Assembly: GCF_963921235.1 (NCBI RefSeq)
Contig: NC_086097.1
Coordinates: forward strand, 111,850,001 to 111,914,000
Reading direction: 5' to 3'
DNA: 64,000 nt
Source of the DNA: Mobula hypostoma
Taxonomy: Eukaryota
Shown here one piece after another: positions 54,501 through 64,000 of the stretch. The position numbers and the translations under genes are program-made. The notes below the pieces were generated by a model, which worked only from the letters and a program-made list of their open reading frames with translations, made no database searches and had not been told where the DNA came from. Each line of letters starts with the position of its first letter. Position 1 is the stretch's first letter.

Positions 54501-55890
54501 GGTTTCTTTACTGGCCATATAGGTGAGTTAGTCGTGGCCGCAGTCTCTCTGAGTATCCCTTGGTGTTTTAGTTCCTTCACTCTATCCTGGACAGCTGCCA
54601 GCACGTCAGGTTTTATCGGATACTGCTTATGGGGTTTATGCAGGTCCCCAGCTATTTTAACTGGGTTTATCTTTACCTGCCCACAATCTTGCTTGTGCCT
54701 AGCCCATACAGCTGGGAACTGCTGACAAGGTAACCCATAGACACCATCCTGGCTCCGGTCTCTAATGATCAGGGCAGCTGCGCCTATGCTAGCCATGCTG
54801 TGTATTCTGTTGGTTGTGCACGTTCGCTGCCCTTGACATGTCCGTATTACTTCTCCTTTTCCTGAATCTATAATGAGGGCACGATCCTTGGAATAGACAT
54901 TGTAATATAACAGCTGGTATGCTGGCATTTATAGCAAAAGGATTCGAGTACAGGAGCAGGGAGGTACTACTGCAGTTGTACAAGGCCTTGGTGAGACCAC
55001 ACCTGGAGTATTGTGTGCAGTTTTGGTCCCCTAATCTGAGGAAAGACATCTTTGCCATAGAGGGAGTACAAAGAAGGTTCACCAGATTGATTCCTGGGAT
55101 GGCAGGTCTTTCATATGAAGAAAGACTGGATGAACTGGGCTTGTACTCGTTGGAATTTAGAAGATTGAGGGGGGATCTGATTGAAACGTATAAGATCCTA
55201 AAGGGATTGGACAGGCTAGATGCGGGAAGATTGTTCCCGATGTTGGGGAGGTCCAGAACGAGGGGTCACAGTTTGAGGATAGAGGGGAAGCCTTTTAGGA
55301 CCGAGGTTAGGAAAAACTTCTTCACACAGAGAGTGGTGAATCTGTGGAATTCTCTGCCACAGCAAACTGTTGAGGCCAGTTCATTAGCTATGTTTAAAAG
55401 GAAGTTAGATATGGCCCTTGTGGCTACAGGGGTCAGGGGGTATGGAGGGAAGGCTGGGTTCTGAGTTGGATGATCAGCCATGATCATAATAAATGGCGGT
55501 GCAGGCTCGAAGGGTCGAATGGCCTACTCCTGCACCTATTTTCTATGTTTCTATGTTATATTGCAATGTCTGTTCCAAGGATCGTGCCCTCATTATTTGG
55601 ACACACCCAGAAATACACTGGAAGCTGCACTCCCCCGATTTCTAGTATTTGCGACTCGCTTGTTTCTGCTTTTACCATTTTTCCTCCTACTCCCATAATA
55701 TAAATAGCCTGTCCGGCTGTTGATAAGGGTAGGTCAGTTATTTATACCGATGCCCCTGTGTCCACTAACATATTGCGTTGCCGGCCCCCTAACAATGCTG
55801 TTGTGTACATCCGCAGGTCACCAGGGCTGGCAGTGGAGCCCGCTGCCACATCTTTTCCTGCCCGAAGACGCACCGTTACTAACTCTGATC
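51505..55890 (-). pseudogene. pro-pol pseudogene of the inner provirus
   Basis: PR LVDTGAS (about 55750-55770) and ILGTD; RT NSPIWPVKK, WTRLPQGFHNSP, YVDN; tether PVLGLPD..PFHLY; RH IDGS, QVAELAAL, NIYTDSRYAFG; IN C..C, IDF, DSDQG, ERMNRTIK, WIGP. Several stops and frameshifts. Confidence 0.93.
54915..55553 (+). mobile_element. Young CR1 3' fragment at the protease/RT junction
   Basis: ORF 54919-55464; same subfamily and tail as 13947-15012. Confidence 0.95.
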
Positions 55891-56780
55891 AGATCGACAG
55901 TCAGACTGGTGGCTGATGGGGTGAGTGACTGGGTGTCTGCCGTGACCTTCGCCTGGGTTTTCCCCCTCCCTTTTGGACACTGTCTCCAGCCATGTCCCGA
56001 TAGGCCTCAGCTGTAGCATATCAACTCCTTCACTGTCTTATACCTGGTCCAGCAGTCCTTTGCTGGGTGCCCTGGCTGCCAGCAAGCAGAACAAACTCTC
56101 CAGGACATCACAGCAGCTGCATCCACTATACTCACCCTACGATTTCTCTTGCCTTTTCTTTGGTCTATCTCACTGGCCCACGAAACTATTGCAGAGCAGT
56201 CGGACCCCACCGTTATGCCTAAATCTAAAACTTCCTGGTGGGCTGAGCTCAGGCCTTCCTTCAGCATTTTTAGGAAGACTGGGTCGTCCCTCCCTGGATT
56301 ATCCAACCCTGTATACTCTTCGTATGCTTGGTATTGACGTTCTGCATAATCCATGGCTGTCTCATCAGCCCTGTGAGTCACTGCCATTATCGTTCCCCAG
56401 CTACTCTCGCCTTCCCCCAATCGCTGCCACACTTCCCTTTTAAAAGAGCGATATCTTTTTTCATTACTGTCGCTCTCGGTAGTTGCCCATGTACCATCCC
56501 GCACCCCCTGGGCCATCCTGTCCCATATATTTCTCGGGCACTTCGCTTTCACTAACACGTGTATATCTTTAGGGTGCATCTGGTGGATTTCAACCATTTC
56601 ATCGTGCTTGCGCCAGAATTCTGAATTCTCACAGGCGACTTTAAGTGAGGGCAACTCAGACAAGATGCTCTGTTTCTCCCCGGGGGTGAAGGGCTTATGA
56701 ATAGCCGTAATCAAGGTCAAGGGCTGGCTCAGATCATCAGGGTTCTCAACCTGACGTTGCCTGACCTCAATAAGTGCCAT
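55890..56780 (-). pseudogene. gag of the inner provirus
   Basis: 257-aa ORF with capsid-like HKPFTPGE..LP and ETAMDYAER; two CCHC knuckles, CSACWQPGHPAKDC and CYS*GLSGHGWRQC (Cys lost to a stop). Confidence 0.85.
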
Positions 56781-57253
56781 TCTGGTAGATCTACCTGGGT
56801 AAAACCTCTTCCTGAGTTATCCCCACACTACGCAAAATATAAAAGACCAGTTAAACAACACATAGTTAAAACCACGGAGTATGTATTCCACAATCTGCCA
56901 CTTTTGAGTACCCGAACTCATGATGCCTGCTGTATTCCCTTGCGTCACACTTGCAAACGCATACACTAACCTGCAGCTCCCCGAACAAGTATATATGCCC
57001 CTACGCTGGCGTCTCGAATCGTACCGTCGGTTACCACCTTCGCAACTGGTGGTCCAAGTTAACACGTACAGTTTCCTCACTTACATAAACACACATGCAC
57101 ACGCACACACTCCTTTTATATCTACCAGTGTTCGTGATACCTAGTGTTCCCGTGTACCACCGACCGAACTGATCCAAGTCTGAGTGTTACTTTAGAAAAA
57201 TACTCACCAATTTAGACTGCTAGGAACGCTGGCCACACGACGGGTCACGAAGT

Positions 57254-57271
57254 ATCCCACTCCTGACACCA
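57254..57271 (-). promoter_or_regulatory. Primer binding site, tRNA-Leu(CAG)
   Basis: TGGTGTCAGGAGTGGGAT, 2 nt from the 5' LTR; complementary to the 3' 18 nt of vertebrate tRNA-Leu(CAG) as recalled. Confidence 0.88.
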
Positions 57272-57273
57272 AA

Positions 57274-57844
57274 TGTTGTGGAGTGGATGAAATCACCGGA
57301 GAGACAGAGTTACTGGTAGATACAAAGCAGCTTCTTTATTCGACACAACAAGGTACAGCAGGCATCATATGGATGGCGACGCTTTCGGTAGAAAGGTCTG
57401 CTAGCCCAATGTGGGCTCGATATTTATATGCTAAACACAAAAGGCAATCGCTGCTGACAAAGTTATAGACAATGCATGGACAATGCTTCCTATTGAAGCT
57501 ACATACAAAACATCACACCTTCTGACTTCATCCTTTCCTCCTGACGCCAACATGTCTGGGTTGGTACTCACAGCCTTTAGGAATGCAAGTCAAATCCACA
57601 ATACATTTATTTGGCATTTTACGTGCTAACATAGAGGACAATTAAAATTTATAAAGTATAGATAATACTGTCTTCAAAACTACAGCATCTGGTCAAACTA
57701 CAGCGTCAGCAGCATCTGGTATTCACAGATTTTAGGAAATGCATTGTTGTGAACTCAATCCACAGTACTTTGTCAAACAGAAGACTGGTGACTAGAGTCA
57801 TTTAAGTGTAAAATGAATCATCTACCCAAAAACTCACTGTAACA
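57274..57844 (-). repeat. 5' LTR of the inner provirus
   Basis: Direct repeat of 50301-50870 with minus-strand TATAAATA and AATAAA. Confidence 0.95.
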
Positions 57845-59583
57845 GGCTGACATGGTGCCAGTCGGTCCCAGTACAGCACAACTGCCTTCCGCCGCTCAGG
57901 CAACAGCACCCGATATACCACATCGGAGATGCGGTATCACCTCTCCCAGCCCCTTCCAGTGGCTTCCAAGCCTGGGAGATAGTCCCCTCTTCCGGGAGGG
58001 GCAGTAGACCCATGCTGGAGCTCCCACCATGAACTGCTGCTTTGGCACCCCAGACTGGCGGCCTAGCCCTTCCTGGAACCTGGAAGCGTCGCAGCAGCGC
58101 ACGAACAGCTCCACGTCCTGCCTGTACCCAGGCCAGTAGAAGCGTTCACGCAGCCTGCCCCAGCGTCTTTGCAAATCCGAAATGGCCGGCCCCCACCAGC
58201 CCGTCCACCGACAGCAGCACCGTGGCGCGGAGCCCCGGGGGGACCAGCTGCAAGAGATGTCGGTCACCATCGGACAACTGCCACCACCTGAACAGCAATC
58301 CGTCGGGGACCTCCAGCGTTCCCCACTGCGAGTACAGGGCTTTGGTCTCTGGGTCCAGGGCAGAGGCCTATGCCCACTCCGGCCGTCGTCCCACACTCAG
58401 CCATTCCCTCACCCGGGCCAACATCGGATCGCTCACCTGTTCGCTGTGCACTGCTGGTCCGTGGTGGGGAGGTGGTCGCCGGCGTCACCGTCACTTGCTC
58501 CTGGTTCAGCGGTGTTGCGTTGGGCCGCTGCCGGGTGTACTGCCCTGCCCCGGGCCGCTGTGAAACCGGTGTGGTTACTGCTCCCACTGGGACTTGTTCC
58601 CGGAGCTGCCCTGCCGGAGAGCCACGGCTTCAGCACCGAGGTAGAGTGTTGCCCCGGACACATCCACACGGGCCTCTAGTGGGACAGCAGGTCCAGGCCG
58701 ATGATTAAGGACTCTCGGATGTTGGCGAGTCACACCTCGTGTCCACTGCGATGCACAACCCCCTCTTCCCTCGCATCGCCGCACAGTCACCGGTGAACGT
58801 AGCCAACCGGACCGGTGCCGTTGTCCACCCGGGCGGGGATGGCTGGTCCGTGCTGGGGAGGACACCGGGACAGATGGTAGTGATGGTTGACCCCGTGTCC
58901 ACCAACATACGGCACCTGATGCCCTCCTGCACGCAGGCATCAACGTGTAAGCCTTGTTCTTCACCCAAACGGCCCGCCCGGAGGGGTTCTGCTGCTCCTG
59001 GGCTGTGGCGTGGTGCCGGGGTGGGGTCGTCCCGGACTAAATGACCTGCCGCACCGCACTGGTAGCAGAGATTGTTTCATGGCCCGCAGCGCTGGTCGGA
59101 CTTGCCTCACCGGCTCCTCCTCGTCACTTTCCTCCTCAGTCTCGGTGAGGCAAGCCCGGGCTCGCTAGAGGGAGGCGACACTTTGGTCTTCCTCTTGCTC
59201 CGGCGGCGTCTGCCGTGGTACCCATCCTCCCGTGGCTACGGCGTCTTGGGTTCCCTGGTGCGGGTCGCGACGGAGACGAGTGATGCGCTCCGCTCTGTCC
59301 CCGGGTTGGGGAGCCTGGGTACACTCGCTCCGTCGGGGCTCCCTGGGAAGGCACAATGCTCGGTTCCCAGGTCCTCCCTCCGGGTCTCGTCTGCTTGAGC
59401 CCTGCCCATGGGTGCGGGGGGAGACATACTGCTCGGTCCCTCGTCTTATTACCCGGGTTTAAGGCTCTCTGTCCGACGTCGTAGCTGTTCAATCTTGCAT
59501 CCCACTCCTGACACCAACAACACGCTGGAGGTGAGCATTTGGTCCATAATGGCAGATGAGGAGACTCGTTGAACTCGACAACC

Positions 59584-60291
59584 TTTTTTTAAAAACAAAA
59601 TATACTTTATTCACAATAAAATTATTTACAATAAAACATTCAATAACTCTGAGTACTTTACAGACATTACCATTGCATTCTATACAGTTTACCAATTTCA
59701 GCCACTCACGTAGCACTCTGTTGGTTCATATTGTACAACCGTTATTGAGGGGTATATTCCCCGCCACCCGACCCCTCCCACTCTCGCGGGAGAAGAACCC
59801 TAAACTATGGTCCTTTCCCATCGGGCCCTTGCGGTGGCTGCACCAAGTTTCAGTGCGTCCTTCAGCACGTACTCCTGCAGCCGAGAATGTGCCAGTCAGC
59901 ATTCTGCCACGGACATCTCCATGTGGTGGTAGACCATTAAGTTTCGGGCCGACCAAAGAGCGTCTTTCACCGAGTTGATGATCTGCCAGCAGCCCCGGAT
60001 GTTTGTCTCCATGTGCGTCCCCGGGACCAGCCCGTAGATCGGAGAGTCCTCTGTTACTCAGCTGCTGGGGATGAAGCGTGACACCAGCCCTTTCATCCTC
60101 CTCCGCGAACCCACGGTGTGAAAAAGAGGTGGGTCACTGATTCCTCCCCACTGCAGTCCTCCCGCGGGCAGCGGGATGTGGAGACGATGTTCCGGGCTTT
60201 CAGGAGGGATCTGACTAGGAAGGGCTCCTCTCACCCCAGACAGGCGAGGTCTTGGTGCCTTGTTGGTATGGCGCACCAATACCTACCCTGG
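59584..60291 (-). mobile_element. Tx1-clade LINE 3' fragment inside an LTR
   Basis: Minus strand HQDLA..VRGALP, RCPREDCSGEESVTHLF, INSVKDALWSARN, SRLQEYVLKDALKLG; A-rich tail; flanks CTCGACAACC/CTCAACAACC. Confidence 0.8.
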
Positions 60292-62059
60292 CTCAACAAC
60301 CGTTTTATTGTGATAAACACAAACAGACCGGACACCATGACCCTGAGAGTGAACCCAACCAGTCTCTCAAGACGGGGGAGGTGACCATCACACACCCCGG
60401 TTACAGTTAGAGTGACCCGCAAATACACAAGGAAATAACTGTATAACCCAAGCTAAAGTGAAACAATAAATTAACTGGAACCCGAATAATCGCACAAAAA
60501 CATTTCAACACAAGAACAACAAACAGGGCTGGTCATTAGAAATGCAGGGCGCCCCCCAGAGCATCACGGTATATTCTGCTGGGATTTTTAAAATAATTTT
60601 ATTCAGCTGAGATGTTACCTTAGGTACGAGTTGTCAGTTTCAGGACTTTACCCATTGTTCGATTCGACCTTAGGTGATATGTACCTTTTTCACTTTGACG
60701 GAGATCTCGAAATATTAATAGATTGTAACCAAATGGCAAATAGTTTGCTCCGGTAACTAAAAAGATAGCAACTACATGGTTTGATCCAACCAGCAAATGG
60801 ATTATAACTAAATACGTTGTACAACGATTATTTTCACTAGCTACCAAAATAGATCGTAATCTAATAGGATGGGACCAATAGATTGCAACCAGTATTTCTG
60901 CAACTGTTTCTCTTTTTGAGGGCTGTGTTGTCCTCAATCCTGATTCTTATCCAATATTTGAAGCCAGAATATTTTTCTGAACTTTTCACTCAGGCAACAG
61001 AGAAACAGAGGAAGTTCTTATCCCTTTTGTTGTGCGCTAAAAATTTCCTCCTTTGTCTTTGAACGTAACAAATTTAAAACTTCAGAATATCTTTGCCCAC
61101 TAGGCCAAAAATGTTTAAATCCAAGGCTTTTTCATAAGTCAGGAACGAGGCATAACACTTGTTGCGTCACGATCGTTTTATTAAGAGTTAAGTATTAAGA
61201 GCTGGTAGAAAAAAGGGACGTTGAAACAGACAGGGATAGAAGTCTACTACTTAAAGAAGAGAAACTACTTCAAGAGAAGATGGTGCTTACACACAAAACA
61301 GCTACTTTTATACCCAGAGGTAAGATAATTGCATAGATACAAATAATCCAGTTAGAAAATACTTATTCAATACTGTAGTGGAAAGTTAACCAATGGAGAA
61401 AACCTAATGCACTATATCTGTTGTGGACTTCTTGTGACAAGAGGCAAATTGGAGTAGATCAAAATTGCTTCTCAGGCAGAAGTTGATGCGTTTCATCACC
61501 AACCTCTCAAAGCACTTCATCACAGTGGATGCAAGTGCTGCTAGACAACAGACATTATGGCACGTTACCATGTTCTTCTTGAGCCTGATGGAAGCAGGTG
61601 GGTACCTCAGACTGCAGAGTGAGAGGTGGTTAAAGATAGCTGTGAATACTCCAGCCAGCTGATCAGCAGATGCCTTTAGTAATCAGTCAGGTACCCCATC
61701 TGGGCTGGGGCTTCACCTTGGTTTCACCCTCCTGAAGATTGCTCTCACATTGGCCTTAGACACTGAAATCACAGGGTCATTGGGGTCTGATGGACTTTGT
61801 GAAGGTTCTTTCATGTTTTAATCATCAAATAAGCAGAGAAGGCATTGAGCTCATCTGGGAGTGAGACCTCTGTTGCTTGGTTTCACTTTGTAGGAGGTGA
61901 TAGATTTCAGCTGTTGAACATCCTTCAGTAATTCATATTTGGTCCAGGTTTGCCACTTCTCACGCTAGATGGTTTTATGCAGATCGTACCTGGACTTCTT
62001 TTATCACTAGACATCAATGCCACTGTTGTGACCCTCAGCAGATTGCAGATCTGCCTTAA

Positions 62060-63190
62060 ATATACATTAAGTCTTGGCCTCCACAGCTGCTATGGCAACA
62101 GATTCCACAACTCTCTGCCTAAAGAAATTCCTTCTCCTCTCCATTCTAAAAGGATGCCCCCCTATTCTGAGACTGTGTCCTCTGGTCTTAGATATTTCCA
62201 TCATAGATAATATCCTCTCTACATCCGCTCTATCAAGGCCTTTCACCATTTGATGGGTTCAAATTAAGTCACCCCTCATTCTTCTGAATTCTAGTGAATA
62301 TGGGCCCAGGGGTATCAAACACTCTTTGTATGTGCGACGGGGTCCTGAATTATCCCTATGAACTGTGCTTTTGAAAAGAAAGAGAGAGAGGTGCCCAACA
62401 CAAACATCTTGTTAAAAAGAGAGAGAAAGAAAGAGAGAGAGAGGCGAAGACTGCTCACAGCATGTTTAGACTTTCTACAAGGACGCTACTTGCTTGGAAA
62501 TTCTTACAGAGAGGGCAGGGAGGAGCTGTTTGAGAGACAGCTGGTATTCAGCACAGGGAGATGAATAGAATGTCAGATGATAGACCTGGAGACACATGGT
62601 TTTGGATACTGGATGAGCTTTGTTGTGCCCACAGAAAAGGTGGATTTTGGAGGATCAATCAGGCGGATTGATCAGCGGCTCTCGCGGTGTGAACAGTGGG
62701 GAGTTATTTGTTGTATCCAACCCTCGCCTGGGTTGATAATTCCACCACAGAAGAACGGTCCCCTTTTTTGTGGTCACAGTTGGTGACTTCTAAAGGATTT
62801 TGGAGGACAATGGGAAGATTGACGGTGTCAGCTCACCTGAAGACTCAAATCTCTCCCTCTCTCCAACACTACTCAACTCAATACCACGAACTGAACTGAA
62901 CTTTACTCATCGTCGTAAGACTATCTACTTACCCCTAGACTTGAAGAAGCCTGATTTTCATATATTTCCACACTTACTGATATAGTTACTTATATATAAT
63001 CATTGCTAACCTGTTTGATTTATCTGCATTTATATTTAACTACTGCGTAGTTACTAATAAATTCCTTTAGTTAATAGCAATACTGACCTCCAAAATGTTT
63101 TCCATTTGTGCTGGATCTTTAACCCGTCATGGGATACGTGACAGTATGACAAGCTGTCTAATCCAGGAATAATTTTCATGAACCTCATTT
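62060..63190 (-). mobile_element. CR1 fragment split by a solo LTR
   Basis: KTRGHSLRIGGHPFRME (62067-62249); resumes at 63149. Confidence 0.7.
62333..63143 (+). mobile_element. Solo LTR
   Basis: TG...CA termini, perfect TSD GTATG (62328-62332, 63144-63148), AATAAA at about 63056. Confidence 0.88.
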
Positions 63191-63199
63191 GAACCATGC

Positions 63200-63960
63200 C
63201 TCCCTCATCTGCCTCACACACCAACCTGTCTGTTTTCCTTATCTGAGGAGCCTTTCTATTTAGCTGTGGCCTGTATGCAGGTAGGAGGAAGACAGCTGAG
63301 TGATCTGAGTGTGGTGCAGGTATGGAATAGTAGACATTCCTTATCGTAATATGGCACTGGTTGAATAAGTTGGGACCCTGGTGCTGCAGGTTAAACGCTG
63401 ATGATAATTGGGCAGAGATCTCTTTGAACAAACTTAATTGAAGGTCCTGACTATGATTTGAAATGTGTTGGAATGGGGTGTTTCTTGTTTGGTGATGGCA
63501 ACATTCAGTATCTTGAGTGCCTGATTAACTTTAACTTTTGGCAGTATGTAAACTGCTGCCGGGATCATGGAGGAGAACTCTCCAGGTAAGTAGAATGGTT
63601 GGCACTTAATCATCTGATGTTCCAGATCAGGGGAAGAAGACTGCTGTGTCTGAGCACTATGAAGAGTTTATCATGAAACGGAGACATCACCTTTTGTCTT
63701 CTCTGCATCAGCAGTTCAGTCTATCCTGTGTATTGAGAAGTCATCAAGTCTTACCAACGTATCCGGCGTGTCCAGAGTGAGCTATGTCTCCACGAAACAA
63801 AGAACATAGCAATTACTCATTTCCCTTCAATTCAGCAATCATGCCTTTAGGTCCTCAGTCTTGTCCCCCAGTCACTGTACATTTGGTAACAAGATGCTGA
63901 GTAGAGGAACTTTCATTTCTTGATATTTCAGTCTGGCTTGGAGTCCTCCTCTCCTCCCTC
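63200..63960 (-). mobile_element. Rex1-like LINE endonuclease remnant
   Basis: HSDHSAVFLLPAY and LCFVET motifs on the minus strand; 61425-62050 is probably the same element. Confidence 0.65.
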
Positions 63961-64000
63961 TCTTCTGTCTATGCAATAGGTTTAATAGAATCAATTAAAA

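Larger units (their letters stand above)
50301..57844 (-). mobile_element. Near-complete env-less retrovirus-like provirus (gag-pro-RT-tether-RH-IN)
   Basis: About 570-bp LTRs, TSD GGCT (50297-50300, 57845-57848), PBS, PPT, and all pol domains in order. Confidence 0.95.
49815..60568 (-). mobile_element. Internally deleted Gypsy-like LTR element; middle layer
   Basis: LTRs at about 49815-50129 and about 59538-60568 (split by Tx1); flanks GGATA/GTATA; PPT-like GGGTAGAGGCAG; tRNA-Leu PBS 59499-59516. CYQCGAAGH knuckle, LVDTGS protease, RFYWPGY..C integrase piece; no RT seen. Confidence 0.78.
47925..61416 (-). mobile_element. Old, heavily deleted class I (epsilon-like) ERV; outermost layer of the nest
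   Basis: Diverged direct repeats at about 47925-48269 and 61112-61416 with minus-strand TATAAAA and AATAAA; flanks TCTGC/TCTGT; tether and RNase H remnants at 48340-49170. Confidence 0.7.

Noticed and set aside
55815..55900. Programmed +1 gag-pol frameshift
   Set aside because: No clear slippery site, and this copy has several other indels, so mutation is as likely; needs a family consensus.
57896..59492. Many overlapping ORFs as a gene cluster
   Set aside because: Explained by high GC content; only fragments match gag, protease and integrase.

Overview
Vertebrate genomic DNA, probably a cartilaginous fish (inferred from the elasmobranch-like CR1 and tRNA-SINE landscape). The only host gene is the 3' end of LRP12 (+ strand; exons 941-1073 and 6452-7318). 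The rest is dense in transposable elements: many CR1 and Rex1-like LINE fragments, tRNA-derived SINEs, an L1 with a 5' inversion, a nearly intact Tc1, a Tigger-like element, two solo LTRs, half a Gypsy element, and short repeats carrying a minimal hammerhead-ribozyme core. The main structure is a nest at about 47925-61416 with three LTR elements, all on the minus strand. An old class I-like ERV remnant holds an internally deleted Gypsy-like element. That in turn holds a near-complete env-less retrovirus-like provirus (50301-57844; 4-bp TSD, tRNA-Leu PBS, tether plus retroviral RNase H). The provirus is interrupted by a CR1 flanked by a 43-bp inverted duplication. Alignments, translations and identities were done by eye; boundaries of old repeats are approximate.
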